Positions 18,794 through 28,916 are shown, counted from the stretch's first letter. The stretch is DNA of 64,000 bases from Bdellovibrio sp. (GCA_036677065.1 JAKFBS010000004.1:576001-640000); one strand, 5' to 3'. Translations and numbers: made by a program. The notes: generated by a model not told the origin, from the sequence alone.

Positions 18794-19372
18794 TTAAATT
18801 TTAGAACGTTCTTCGGCTGTCAAAACTTTCGGTGCTACTAGGGCTTCAGCATTTTCAAAAAAAGGTGAAGGTTTAGCTTTTCCTAAAAATTTGCCTTTGA
18901 GAATGAATGGTAAGACTGTGACCATACCTTTAAAATCAAATGTTTGGGGTGTGCCAATCGGCGGAGTACCTTTGGCGTACTTTCCCATAATGCTGCATTT
19001 GACTGGGCCAAGTTCTCGATCAAGCCTTGTTGAATCTTTGGTTATATACATGCGGCGAATAATTCCTGCCCAGGCCCGCTTTGGGTCAGTGTTTGCGATA
19101 GGTGTAAGGCAGCATGACGTGTAAAATCGAAACATTCCATTAGCGTGCAAGCGAACACATTTTACAACGTCTTTGCCAGCGATAATTTTTATGTCTGCTG
19201 GATATGCCGGAATAATTTCAGTTCCACCATTTTCATTTAATAAGTCAGTGCGCTTTAAATATTTTAAATAAGCTTGGCAGTCGTCACAATAGCAGATCAA
19301 TCGGCCAGGAGTATTTTTTGGGAACTGAGTCAGCTCGGCGCGGAAACTTCCGCAGTCACATTGTATTTCCAT
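18794..19372 (-). CDS. DUF6151/GFA-like Zn-binding protein
   Basis: CDCG, CYCDDCQA and CC.TP..NT motifs. Confidence 0.8.
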   Translation of the reverse strand: MEIQCDCGSFRAELTQFPKNTPGRLICYCDDCQAYLKYLKRTDLLNENGGTEIIPAYPADIKIIAGKDVVKCVRLHANGMFRFYTSCCLTPIANTDPKRAWAGIIRRMYITKDSTRLDRELGPVKCSIMGKYAKGTPPIGTPQTFDFKGMVTVLPFILKGKFLGKAKPSPFFENAEALVAPKVLTAEERSKI

Positions 19373-19439
19373 ATTTAAATTTTAGTGCAGAGATTCGAAG
19401 AGTGCAAAACTTGATTGGTATCAGCGACCAGCTAGAAAT

Positions 19440-19469
19440 AAAAAAACCCGATTATTTCTAATCGGGTTT
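19440..19469 (-). terminator. Rho-independent terminator of the tRNA operon
   Basis: AAACCCGATTA-TTTC-TAATCGGGTTT hairpin with a T-run on the minus strand. Confidence 0.75.
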
Positions 19470-19485
19470 AAAAAAAAAGAAAATT

Positions 19486-19561
19486 TGGCGTTCCCAAGGG
19501 GATTTGAACCCCTGTATCCTCCGTGAAAGGGAGGTGTCCTAGGCCACTAGACGATGGGAAC
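19486..19561 (-). tRNA. tRNA-Glu (TTC)
   Basis: GTTCCCATCGTCTAGTGGCCTAGGACACCTCCCTTTCACGGAGG...GGTTCAAATCC...GGGAACGCCA; 76 nt with encoded CCA. Confidence 0.97.
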
Positions 19562-19593
19562 CCGTTGGACTTCGAAAAAAACTACCATAAAAA

Positions 19594-19669
19594 TGGTGGC
19601 TCGCGATGGATTCGAACCATCGACCCCTTCATTAAAAGTGAAGTGCTCTACCAGCTGAGCTAGCGAACC
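19594..19669 (-). tRNA. tRNA-Lys (TTT)
   Basis: GGTTCGCTAGCTCAGCTGGTAGAGCACTTCACTTTTAATGAAG...GGTTCGAATCC...GAGCCACCA; 76 nt. Confidence 0.97.
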
Positions 19670-19758
19670 GTTTAATCGAGTCGTCAATTTCATATAACTT
19701 CTCGGGGCAGTCAAACTTTTTTTATAAAAAGTTTTTGATGCCCAATTCAAGGTCAGAA

Positions 19759-21057
19759 TTAGTCTTTATAGAGTGGTTTTACCCATAAAGTTTGCTCTCT
19801 ATCTGGGCCAACTGAAATAATATCGATCGGAGTGCCCAATTGGCTCTGTACGTAATTGATATAAGCAGTCGCTTTGACCGGTAAATCCTGAAGGGTTTTT
19901 ACCTTTGTAAGATCTTCCTTCCAACCTGGGATGTATTCGATCACAGGCTCAAGCTGAGCAACTAATTCAGTCGATGTTGGGAACTCGTGAATCACTTCGC
20001 CGTTAAGCTTGTAGGCTGTTACAACGCCGACTTTATCAAGGCATGAAAGAACATCTAATTTCATCATAGCTAAGCTATTAATGCCGTTTAAACGGATCGC
20101 ATACTTAAGAGCTACTAGATCTAACCAACCGCAACGACGCGCGCGTCCTGTAGTTGAGCCGAATTCGTGACCTTCTTTTTGAATTAATGCCCCAATGTCG
20201 TCTTTTAATTCAGACGGGAAAGGGCCGCTGCCTACGCGAGTGCAATAAGCTTTAAACACACCTACGATTTTAGATAAGTGATGAGGGCCAAGGCCCGCAG
20301 ATACTGAACCAGAACCAGCTAGAGTGCTAGAGCTTGTCACATACGGGTATGTGCCGTGGTTGATATCTAAAAGAGTGCCTTGGGCGCCTTCGAATAATAA
20401 TTTTTTATTCAATTTTAGCTTTTGTGAAACGAATAATGACACATCTGTTAAGCGGTAAGGGCGTAATTCTTCGATCACTGGCTTAATTTGCTCTAAGATC
20501 TCTTTTGCAGATAATTCTGGAGCATCATAAAGATTTTTAAGAAGAACGTTTTTTTCTTTGATCGCGAATTCGATTTTTTCTAAGAGGTCTTTAGAATCAA
20601 AAAGATCAGACATAATCAATGCTCTGCGAGACGCACGGTCTTCGTAAGCTGGGCCAATGCCTTTGCCAGTTGTTCCGATTTTACCTGCTTCTAAGGCTTT
20701 TTCGCGCGCTTGATCTAAAGCTTTGTGATACGGCAGTAACACCGTCGCATTATCCGCAATTAATAACTGCGCGTTGGTAAGCGGCATGCCCGTTAATTTT
20801 AGTTTTCTGATTTCTTCAGCTAAACCTAAAATATCGATCACAACACCAGAGGCGATCACGCAAGTTTTATCTGAATGTAGAATTCCTGATGGAATTAAAT
20901 GTAGAACTGTTTTTTGGCCATTCACCACTAAGGTGTGACCGGCGTTTGATCCGCCTTGAAAACGTACAACTGTATCTGCATGTGATGCAAACACGTCGAC
21001 TAATTTACCTTTACCTTCATCGCCCCACTGAGCCCCAATAACAACAACTGCTGACAT
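19759..21057 (-). CDS. purA: Adenylosuccinate synthetase
   Basis: GAQWGDEGKGK, GSNAGHT, GIGPAY and TTGR.RRCGW motifs. Confidence 0.98.
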   Translation of the reverse strand: MSAVVVIGAQWGDEGKGKLVDVFASHADTVVRFQGGSNAGHTLVVNGQKTVLHLIPSGILHSDKTCVIASGVVIDILGLAEEIRKLKLTGMPLTNAQLLIADNATVLLPYHKALDQAREKALEAGKIGTTGKGIGPAYEDRASRRALIMSDLFDSKDLLEKIEFAIKEKNVLLKNLYDAPELSAKEILEQIKPVIEELRPYRLTDVSLFVSQKLKLNKKLLFEGAQGTLLDINHGTYPYVTSSSTLAGSGSVSAGLGPHHLSKIVGVFKAYCTRVGSGPFPSELKDDIGALIQKEGHEFGSTTGRARRCGWLDLVALKYAIRLNGINSLAMMKLDVLSCLDKVGVVTAYKLNGEVIHEFPTSTELVAQLEPVIEYIPGWKEDLTKVKTLQDLPVKATAYINYVQSQLGTPIDIISVGPDREQTLWVKPLYKD

Positions 21058-21072
21058 ACTTTTGTTTTTCCT

Positions 21073-22071
21073 TTAGTCATTAAACATCATACTGCCCCAA
21101 TTGTTCTGAAACGGGAGAGTATTTTGAGTTTTATTCGTTTTTAAAAAATCTATACATAAATTTGTAGCTTCTAGCGAAGCTTTCGCGAAAGCCTGTTCAG
21201 TCATAGCACCAATATGCTGGGTTAAAACCACTTTTGCTGATTTTAGTAATTTTGACTCACGTGAAAGTGGTTCTTTGGCAAACACATCAAGGCCGCACAT
21301 GCGAACAACACCTTCATCAAGGGCATCAATCAGATCATCTTCGTTAATCACTGAACCCCGAGACGTGTTAATCAACACCACATCTTTATTGGTGTATTCA
21401 AAATGTGATCTATTCATCATGTTTTTAGTCTCTTTAGTCAGAGGCACATGAAAAGAAATAATATCTGATTGTTTTAATAATTCTTCATAAGATGAGCGCT
21501 CTAATTTTAAAGTCTCAAACACTTCATCTTCTTGGTACGGGTCAAAAGCCACAACATTCATAGAAAAAGCTTTGGCAAAGCCTGCCACTTTTTGCCCGAT
21601 ACGGCCAAGACCAACAATGCCGATGGTTTTACCGGCTAATTCAAAGCCAGCAGGTAATTTTTCGCGATCCCAAAGGCCTGCTTTGATTTGTTTGTGTGAT
21701 TCTTGGATCGGGCGGTGAGTGTTTAGTATTAAACCCCAAGTAAGTTCGGCCGCAGATTGGGCGTTCGCGTTTGGCGTGTACATCACTTGAATATTTTTTT
21801 CTTGGGTAGCTTGAAGGTCAATATGATCAAAACCACTTGTGCAGGTGATGACTAATTTTAAATTCGGAGCTGCGGCTATAAGTTCGCGGGTAATTTTTGT
21901 TTTACTGCGAATGATCAGGCCTGTGGCTTTGGCTAAGTGGTCAGCTAATTCATCTGTATTGGTTAGTTTAACAACATCAGCAAGGTTTGAAGTTTTTAAA
22001 GTCACTAAAGCTTCAGTCGAAAATTTTTCGCTGATCACGATGTATGGTTTCACGGATTTTCCTTTAACCAT
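21073..22071 (-). CDS. serA: D-3-phosphoglycerate dehydrogenase-like 2-hydroxyacid dehydrogenase (no ACT domain)
   Basis: GLGRIG, INTSRG, LDVF..EP and HIGAMT motifs; lies in an operon with a class V aminotransferase. Confidence 0.8.
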   Translation of the reverse strand: MVKGKSVKPYIVISEKFSTEALVTLKTSNLADVVKLTNTDELADHLAKATGLIIRSKTKITRELIAAAPNLKLVITCTSGFDHIDLQATQEKNIQVMYTPNANAQSAAELTWGLILNTHRPIQESHKQIKAGLWDREKLPAGFELAGKTIGIVGLGRIGQKVAGFAKAFSMNVVAFDPYQEDEVFETLKLERSSYEELLKQSDIISFHVPLTKETKNMMNRSHFEYTNKDVVLINTSRGSVINEDDLIDALDEGVVRMCGLDVFAKEPLSRESKLLKSAKVVLTQHIGAMTEQAFAKASLEATNLCIDFLKTNKTQNTLPFQNNWGSMMFND

Positions 22072-23201
22072 AATAGCGAAGCATCGCGTACAGTTTGTAA
22101 ATCTAAGCTCATGCCGAAATCATTTAACCCGGCGGCTAAACGTTCAGTGGTCTGATGCAGATCTTGGTCAGTGATGTAACCCATGTGGCCTAGGCGAATG
22201 ATTTTACCTTTTAATTGGTCTTGTCCACCCATTACGGTCACATTGTATGATTTTTCTAAATGCTCACGAAATTTTGCACCATCAAAATTAGCGGGTAGTG
22301 CAAGGGCGGTCACTGAATCACTTGGAGCTTTTGAATACACTTCAAGGTTTAAAGTTTTAGCCATCGTGCGTGTGTAGTCGGCGCGACGCTTAATAGTTTT
22401 ATATAAAGTTTCTAAGCCTTGGGTTTTGATATCTTTTAACACGAACGCAAGCGCTCTGATTAACGTAACATTAGAAGAGAAAAAAGTTTCACCTTTGTCG
22501 TTGGCTGCTAACTCGCGGCGAACATCAAAATAATATCTGGGTGTAGGATTGGTTTTAATTTTTTCCCACGCTTTTTGTGAGAATGAAATTAAGCTTAAGC
22601 CTGTGGGTAACATAATCGCTTTTTGGCTGCCAGCCACTAAACCATCAATCTGCCATTGATCCATCGGTAGCGGCATCGCACCAAGGGCTGTGATTGCATC
22701 CACTAAAAACAATGCTTTTGTTTTTGCAACGATTGCAGATAGTTCCTGAATCGGGTGAACAGTTGCAGTACTAGTTTCACAAGCTTGGGTCATCACGATT
22801 TCAGTATCAGGATTTTCATCTAAGAATTTTTTAACATCACTTGGATTAACGGCAGAACCCCAGGGCACATTTAGTTTGTGAACTTTGGCGCCAAACACTT
22901 CAGCCATCTCGGCCCAGCGTTCGCCGAATTTTCCCGAGATAATCGCTAAGACTTTACTTTGTGGTTTAATCACATTGATCAGTAAAGCTTCCATGCCGCC
23001 AGAACCTGTGCTTGTTAAAATAAAAACTTTTTCGTTGGTGACAAATAAGGTTTTCAAATCAGCCAAAACAGATTTTAAAATTTGATCGAACTCAGGTGTG
23101 CGGTGATGGATCATCGGTAAAGATAATATTTTTTGAACTTCCGGATGCAGTTGTACGGGACCCGGTGCTAAAAGTAAGGATTTCGATGTATCAATTGACA
23201 T
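22050..23201 (-). CDS. Class V PLP aminotransferase (serine-pyruvate/alanine-glyoxylate family)
   Basis: PGPV, HHRT.EF, ETST, VDAIT, GSQKA and RLGHMG motifs; start taken at MSIDTSK. Confidence 0.92.
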   Translation of the reverse strand: MSIDTSKSLLLAPGPVQLHPEVQKILSLPMIHHRTPEFDQILKSVLADLKTLFVTNEKVFILTSTGSGGMEALLINVIKPQSKVLAIISGKFGERWAEMAEVFGAKVHKLNVPWGSAVNPSDVKKFLDENPDTEIVMTQACETSTATVHPIQELSAIVAKTKALFLVDAITALGAMPLPMDQWQIDGLVAGSQKAIMLPTGLSLISFSQKAWEKIKTNPTPRYYFDVRRELAANDKGETFFSSNVTLIRALAFVLKDIKTQGLETLYKTIKRRADYTRTMAKTLNLEVYSKAPSDSVTALALPANFDGAKFREHLEKSYNVTVMGGQDQLKGKIIRLGHMGYITDQDLHQTTERLAAGLNDFGMSLDLQTVRDASLLWLKENP

Positions 23202-23219
23202 TTTCGACCTTTCCGCGGT

Positions 23220-23804
23220 TTGATTACAGCAATGAAAACACACTTTGTCATAATCTTTGTTTTATCCTGCTGCATAAGCTCTTGCGCTTATAAACTTAGC
23301 AGTAAGGTTGATACACTTCCGCAGAATGTGCGAGTGATTTATGCGCCGTTGTTTAAAAACGTCTCTACCGAACCTGGTTTAGAGGTTTACTTTACCAATT
23401 CAATGAAACGCGAGCTTTTAAACTCGAAAGTAGTTAAACTTGTTGATTCTGAATTAGATTCAGATGCTGTTTTGTACGGAAGAGTCTTTAGCGTTGAGAT
23501 CGTTTCTGAAGAAGGGGCGATTGAGGCCAAAGACACGCAGTTTTTGCCTAAAAATACGATCTTAAGTACGACCACAAAAATTACGGTGACTGTGGATTTA
23601 CGACTTCAGCGCAAGAATTCTTCAGAAGTGTTGTGGAGCAGTCAATTTAAGCAGAGCAGAAACTACACACCGCCGCAGCTGACTTTGCCAGTCATTAATT
23701 CGGCGAACAATCTTTACAATCTATCGGCTCGCAGGCAGACTTTAGAAACTTTATCAGAAGAGATGATGCAGCTCGCATTTGACCGTCTGGTAGATAACTT
23801 TTAA
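23220..23804 (+). CDS. lptE: LPS assembly lipoprotein LptE-like
   Basis: Lipobox ISSC-AY; F.N.S.EPG motif; directly upstream of holA. Confidence 0.75.
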   Translation: MITAMKTHFVIIFVLSCCISSCAYKLSSKVDTLPQNVRVIYAPLFKNVSTEPGLEVYFTNSMKRELLNSKVVKLVDSELDSDAVLYGRVFSVEIVSEEGAIEAKDTQFLPKNTILSTTTKITVTVDLRLQRKNSSEVLWSSQFKQSRNYTPPQLTLPVINSANNLYNLSARRQTLETLSEEMMQLAFDRLVDNF

Positions 23805-23828
23805 TACGTATATTTTTTAAAGTAGCTG

Positions 23829-24830
23829 ATGGCGATAATTGATCAAAATAAATTTTATAAAGATTTAGAAACAGGAAATGTTGCTCCTGTTTATTTTATT
23901 TTTGGTGATGAACCATTTCTGATCGACCAATGTGTAAACCGTTTTAAATACGGTTTGTTAGACGAAAATTCACTAGATTTTAATTATTCATTATTTTACG
24001 CAGGCGATGCCGATATCTTTGCCATTAAAGACACGGTTGAAACCTTACCTGTGTTTGCGCAACGTCGTGTGGTGATTTTAAAAAATTCACACGAATTAAA
24101 AGACTCTGAATGGAACGAATTAGAATCTGTTTTTAAAAACCCCGTTGATTCAACTTGTTTTGTTTTATTTGCCGATAAAATTGATAAACGCAAAAAACAT
24201 TTTAAAAATGTTATGGATATCGCCTCATCTATAGAATTTAAAAAAACCTACGATAATGAAATTCCCCGCTGGATTAATTACTATGCCTCTCAGTATGAAT
24301 TAAAACTTACTCAAGCCGCAGTCCACAGGTTGCACCGTTTGGTGGGTAATAATTTATCTGAAATCTATGCGCAGTTAGAAAAAATCAAAGTTTATCTAGA
24401 CGGGGCAACTAACGTTGAAGCCGAACATGTAAACGCTGTTGTGTCTAACAGCCGTGAAGAAAACGTTTTTGATTTTACTAAAGCTGTCGGGCAAAAAGAT
24501 CGCGTTCGCGCGTTAGAGCAAATCGTAAATTTATTAGACCAGGGCCAAAGTGAAATTGGGATCGTGAATTTACTGGCTCGGCATATGCGAATTTTATTAA
24601 CTGTGCGCACAGGCTTAGATCAGGGTATCGGCGGCGCAAAACTAGCCAATCTGGCTAATGTTTCGCCTTATTTTGTGGATGAATATGCAGCCCAAGCTAA
24701 GGGGTGGCCGGTGCGCAAACTTGAAGATTCATTGGTTCTTCTTGGCGAAACAGATAAGGCCTTAAAATCATCGCCTTTATCAAGTCACATCTGGCTTGAA
24801 AACCTAGTTCTTAAATCATGTTCTATGTAA
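23829..24830 (+). CDS. holA: DNA polymerase III delta subunit
   Basis: VYFIFGDEPF, TLPVFA.RRVV and LEKI motifs. Confidence 0.93.
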   Translation: MAIIDQNKFYKDLETGNVAPVYFIFGDEPFLIDQCVNRFKYGLLDENSLDFNYSLFYAGDADIFAIKDTVETLPVFAQRRVVILKNSHELKDSEWNELESVFKNPVDSTCFVLFADKIDKRKKHFKNVMDIASSIEFKKTYDNEIPRWINYYASQYELKLTQAAVHRLHRLVGNNLSEIYAQLEKIKVYLDGATNVEAEHVNAVVSNSREENVFDFTKAVGQKDRVRALEQIVNLLDQGQSEIGIVNLLARHMRILLTVRTGLDQGIGGAKLANLANVSPYFVDEYAAQAKGWPVRKLEDSLVLLGETDKALKSSPLSSHIWLENLVLKSCSM

Positions 24831-24901
24831 GCAAAAACTGTCTTACTGTATATCTCTTGAATAGTTTTTAACCGCCAAACCCCATATATTGCTTAATGCG
24901 A

Positions 24902-24917
24902 TGGAATCGTTCTCGCT
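24902..24917 (+). promoter_or_regulatory. Putative sigma-54 promoter of the L,D-transpeptidase operon
   Basis: TGGAATCGTTCTCGCT gives GG-N10-GC; SD GAGG follows before ATG 24943. Confidence 0.45.
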
Positions 24918-24942
24918 ATGAAACATCTCGAAGAGGTGTTTT

Positions 24943-25221
24943 ATGAAGATGACCCATATCCTTACGGCTTTAACATTATTATTAGCTACGCTGACTTTTC
25001 ACGTTGAAGCTTCTGCCACTTACTCTAAAAAAACCTTTAAAGGCCAGGTCATTGATGTAAATCAAGACGAAGAAGGCGCTTCGATCGTTGTAAAAGCAGC
25101 TAATGGACTTACGCAATCTATATATGCGCCTCGTTCACGCGCTAATGATCAAATTGTTGAACGCGCCATTAAAGCTCGTGATACCAAAACTAATTTTACA
25201 ATTTCAACTCAGAATTTATAA
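24943..25221 (+). CDS. Small exported beta-rich (OB-fold-like) protein
   Basis: Signal peptide ending ASA; SD GAGGTG. Confidence 0.7.
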   Translation: MKMTHILTALTLLLATLTFHVEASATYSKKTFKGQVIDVNQDEEGASIVVKAANGLTQSIYAPRSRANDQIVERAIKARDTKTNFTISTQNL

Positions 25222-25233
25222 GAAGGCGCATTC

Positions 25234-27105
25234 ATGAAAACAATTAAATTAGCCCCGTTTATTTTAGGTATGGTTTTCTCGGCTCAGGCATTTTCTCAGG
25301 TTGTTCCAGCCGGAGTTGCCGCTGCACCAGTAAATGTTATCACTCCGGTGGTATCTACAGTTGCTGTTCCGCTAACTAGTGAAACACTGGTTCTGCGCAG
25401 CCAAGGTGCTTTACTGCAGCATGTGTATTTAAATAAAGTAAACGAACTACTTATGTTAGCAGATGCCGAGGGTATGCAACGTGACTGGTTTGTTGATGAC
25501 CAAGTTGCAAATTTATTAAATTCTTATGCGCAGGCAAATAATGCAAATGAACTGCGTAAAGCGGCTTATAATGTTGTTTACAAAATGATGACGATTTTAA
25601 ATCGTGGGTATGTTCAGCCAGAGCAATTAGGCGACAAAACTCTGATTAGCGTTGCTAAAATTAAAGGGTCGGCTAAAGGGCTACCGGCCTTGATCCAAAA
25701 AGAATTATTTCGTTTTGAAAAAGGTGAAATCTCGGCAGAACAATTGTTTGCAACGTTTCGCCCAAAAAATGCCAGTTATTCAAGATTATTATCAATGTAT
25801 CAAAAAATTTCGACAATGTATAAAAACGGTCAGGTATCAGACGCAGAAATTCCTGCAACACTGACTGTAATTAAAAAAGGTTCAAAAGATGCAGCTACGA
25901 TTAAATTTGCCCGTAACCGTTTAGCTTTATTGGGTTATCCGAATAACGAACTTGATTCCACTTACACAGATGATTTAAAACTTGCGATTGAACAGTTACA
26001 AGAAAATAATCTTTTATCTATCGATGGAGTTATCGGTAAAAACAGCTATGGTTTAATCACTACGCCAATCGCGCAGATTATTACGCGTTTAAAAATTAAC
26101 TTAGACCGTTCTCGTTGGTTACCAGATGATTTAACTTCTGAATTTGTTCACGTTAACTTAGCAGCTCAGCGTTTTTTCTATTATAAAGATAACGCTATTG
26201 CTTTAACATTCAGAACCATTAACGGAGCGAAAGATCGTCCAACACCGATTTTAACAAGTAAAATCACAACGATGATTTTAAACCCAACTTGGACAGTTGC
26301 ACCGACTCCATATTTTAAAGATAAAACCAAAATGTTTTCAGGCTGGGGCGGCCTTGATGATGTAAATGAAAAGCGTTACACATTCTTGGTTGAAAATCTA
26401 AAAATCATCGAAGAGTACAACCAGCAATATAAAATGGCCACTGGCGAAGAATATCCTTTCATCGATGTGATCAGAAGATCTACGAATCCAATGGATAACA
26501 CAATTAATGCCACGACAGAAAACTGGCCAGCTTTTATGAAGCTATTTCAAGACGAAAAAGCAAGATTTGAAGCAACTGGTTTAAGACCAGATAAAACAGC
26601 CCGCGCTTTACGTATCGTGCAAAGACCAGGTGGCGAACAAAATGCATTAGGTTGGATTAAGTTTCCTCTGAATGGAACAAACAGCATTTACATGCATGAT
26701 ACCAATGATAGAAAGTTATTTGGTAATACTGACCGCATGTTGAGTTCTGGTTGTGTTCGTATGGAAAAACCTTGGGATTTAGCGATCATGTTGCTTGGTG
26801 GTACTCGTGACCCATTAACTGGAGAATATCTTGGTGCGACGATTGATCCTTTAACTGGAATGTCTCATACAGTTGAGTCTTTACACGCCAGAACTATTAC
26901 GCGTTTTCCGATTGCGGATAGACCAGATCCAAATTTAGATCTAGGTCGCTCAGTGCCAGTTTACTTTCTTTACGATACAGCACACATCAATGACATTGGT
27001 CAGATGACATTAGTTAAAGATAATTACGGTATTGATTTAGACATGTACAAGTTAATGATGGGAATTCCGTTAGTGAGCACTACAGCAGGACCAGCAGGAG
27101 AATAG
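25234..27105 (+). CDS. YcbB/LdtD-type L,D-transpeptidase with peptidoglycan-binding domain
   Basis: Signal peptide; L.IDGVIG PG-binding motif; NLDRSRWLP, NPTW.V, NALG.IKF and IYMHDT...SSGCVR catalytic motifs. Confidence 0.92.
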   Translation: MKTIKLAPFILGMVFSAQAFSQVVPAGVAAAPVNVITPVVSTVAVPLTSETLVLRSQGALLQHVYLNKVNELLMLADAEGMQRDWFVDDQVANLLNSYAQANNANELRKAAYNVVYKMMTILNRGYVQPEQLGDKTLISVAKIKGSAKGLPALIQKELFRFEKGEISAEQLFATFRPKNASYSRLLSMYQKISTMYKNGQVSDAEIPATLTVIKKGSKDAATIKFARNRLALLGYPNNELDSTYTDDLKLAIEQLQENNLLSIDGVIGKNSYGLITTPIAQIITRLKINLDRSRWLPDDLTSEFVHVNLAAQRFFYYKDNAIALTFRTINGAKDRPTPILTSKITTMILNPTWTVAPTPYFKDKTKMFSGWGGLDDVNEKRYTFLVENLKIIEEYNQQYKMATGEEYPFIDVIRRSTNPMDNTINATTENWPAFMKLFQDEKARFEATGLRPDKTARALRIVQRPGGEQNALGWIKFPLNGTNSIYMHDTNDRKLFGNTDRMLSSGCVRMEKPWDLAIMLLGGTRDPLTGEYLGATIDPLTGMSHTVESLHARTITRFPIADRPDPNLDLGRSVPVYFLYDTAHINDIGQMTLVKDNYGIDLDMYKLMMGIPLVSTTAGPAGE

Positions 27106-27112
27106 TCATTTC

Positions 27113-27577
27113 ATGAAAAATATTTTAATCAGTTTCTTCTTAGTCAGTAGTTCGTTAATTGCAAACGCCAACGACATCGCACAGAACGTAAATTCTGAGT
27201 TGGCCAAAGTAGAAACCGAAATGAATGCTTGTGGTGCTGTAATGCCAGTTAACAAGCTGATCGCCCAAGGAAAAAACGATCGCTCAGGTGCGATCGTTGA
27301 TTCTTTAATTGCCGCTTTGAAAAATGATCACCTAGGCACTTATTCTAAATCGGGTGCCGCAATGGCTTTACGTCAAATCGGCGACGAGCGCGCAATAGCT
27401 GGTTTACAAAAGTCTGCGGATACCGCTACTGATGCGATGTTAAAATCTATTTCTCAGGACGCTATTTCTTTAATTAAAGGTGAATTCAAAAGCGAAGGTA
27501 AAATCTATGTTTATTCATTCGCCATCAAAAAACTAAAAACGGATTGTGAAGCAGGACTTTCAGAAATCGTAAAATAA
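27113..27577 (+). CDS. Exported HEAT-repeat protein
   Basis: Signal peptide ending ANA; LIAALKND...AAMALRQIGDERAI..L HEAT/PBS-lyase pattern. Confidence 0.7.
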   Translation: MKNILISFFLVSSSLIANANDIAQNVNSELAKVETEMNACGAVMPVNKLIAQGKNDRSGAIVDSLIAALKNDHLGTYSKSGAAMALRQIGDERAIAGLQKSADTATDAMLKSISQDAISLIKGEFKSEGKIYVYSFAIKKLKTDCEAGLSEIVK

Positions 27578-27592
27578 TTGCTTAATTTTCAA

Positions 27593-27638
27593 CGCTCGTG
27601 TTTTCGGTTTACACTTTTTGTAAACCGAAATACAGAGT
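27593..27638. repeat. Long hairpin, possibly a diverged member of the 48-bp palindrome family
   Basis: CTC.TGTTTTCGGTTTACA-CTTTT-TGTAAACCGAAATACAGAG. Confidence 0.4.
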
Positions 27639-27675
27639 AAAAAAAAAGCCAAGGTCTTATCCTTGGCTTTTTTTT
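27639..27675. terminator. Bidirectional Rho-independent terminator
   Basis: A9-GCCAAGG-TCTTAT-CCTTGGC-T8 between convergent operons. Confidence 0.88.
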
Positions 27676-27743
27676 AATGAGATTTTTTTTATTAAGTACG
27701 CTGTGCCGACGGTAAAGATCCGGCACAAGAGTGCCGCGCGAAA

Positions 27744-28907
27744 TTATCTTTCAGAGATCGGTTTCACATTTCTTTGAGGCGCGCCGATGTACTCAGATAA
27801 CGGGCGGATGATTCTGTTATTCGCCGCTTGTTCCATAATGTGGGCTGACCAACCAGTAGTGCGCGCCATTACGAAAATCGGAGTGAAGAAATCGATTTCA
27901 AAGCCCATCATGTAGTAAGCAGGACCTGCTGGGAAATCTAAGTTAGGGTAGATTTTCTTTTTCTCGACCATTACTTTTTCTAGAGATGAATACATTTGCA
28001 TCCATTTTTGTTCGCCAGTGACATCAGCCATAACTTGCGCGTATTTTTTCATTGTCGGAACACGTGAATCACCTGATTTGTAAACGCGGTGGCCAAAGCC
28101 CATAACTTTACGTTTGTTCGCTAATGCGTCTAACATCCATTGCTCAGCTTTTTCTGCATCTGCAATTTCGATCATCATGTGCATAACCATTTCATTGGCT
28201 CCGCCATGTAAAGGCCCTTTTAAAGCGCCGATACCAGCAGTCGTTGCAGAATAAATGTCAGATTGAGTTGATGTTACAACGCGCGCAGTGAAAGTCGAAG
28301 CGTTGAAAGAATGTTCAGCGTAAAGAATTAAAGAGACATCAAATGCTTTAACCACTTTTGCGTCTGGTACTTTGCCAAAACACATGTGAAAGAAGTTTTC
28401 TGCGATTGATAAATTTGGGTTTGGAGCAATAAAGTCTAAACCTTTTTTAAAACGGTAATCAGCGGCAACCATTGTAGGGATTTTTGCTAGTAAGCGGATG
28501 GCTTTATCCATGTTTACAGCCGGAGATGCATCCCAGATTCTTTCGTCTTCACAACCTAAAAATGATACACCAGTGCGGATTGAATCCATCGGGTGACACT
28601 TTTTAGGTAGAGCTTTGATTACATTTAAATTGTCTTTAGAAATATCACGTAATGATTTTTCTTTTGCAGAGAATTCAGCAAGTTGAGCTTTATTCGGAAG
28701 TTCGCCGTTATACATTAAAAATGCGACTTCTTCGAATGTACAGTTTTCAGCTAAATCTTGAACAGGGTAACCACGGTAAACTAATGAATTAGTCTCGGCA
28801 TTTACTTTAGATACAGATGATGTATCCATAACAACGCCTTCAAGACCTTTTTTAACGTTCATTTTTTCTGGTTCAGCTACGTAATCCGGATTGATATATT
28901 CAGCCAT
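27744..28907 (-). CDS. prpC: 2-methylcitrate synthase
   Basis: YAEHSFNAST, GPLHGGAN, MGFGHRVY and PNLDF motifs; in an operon with prpB/prpD. Confidence 0.92.
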   Translation of the reverse strand: MAEYINPDYVAEPEKMNVKKGLEGVVMDTSSVSKVNAETNSLVYRGYPVQDLAENCTFEEVAFLMYNGELPNKAQLAEFSAKEKSLRDISKDNLNVIKALPKKCHPMDSIRTGVSFLGCEDERIWDASPAVNMDKAIRLLAKIPTMVAADYRFKKGLDFIAPNPNLSIAENFFHMCFGKVPDAKVVKAFDVSLILYAEHSFNASTFTARVVTSTQSDIYSATTAGIGALKGPLHGGANEMVMHMMIEIADAEKAEQWMLDALANKRKVMGFGHRVYKSGDSRVPTMKKYAQVMADVTGEQKWMQMYSSLEKVMVEKKKIYPNLDFPAGPAYYMMGFEIDFFTPIFVMARTTGWSAHIMEQAANNRIIRPLSEYIGAPQRNVKPISER

Positions 28908-28916
28908 GGTATTCTC

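Noticed and set aside
1..19486. Genomic island or prophage integrated at the 3' end of tRNA-Glu
   Set aside because: The region is accessory-looking and lies downstream of the tRNAs, but I saw no integrase, phage genes or duplicated tRNA 3' end within the window.
19547..19750. 67-aa ORF in the track
   Set aside because: It overlaps tRNA-Lys and tRNA-Glu on the same strand; spurious.
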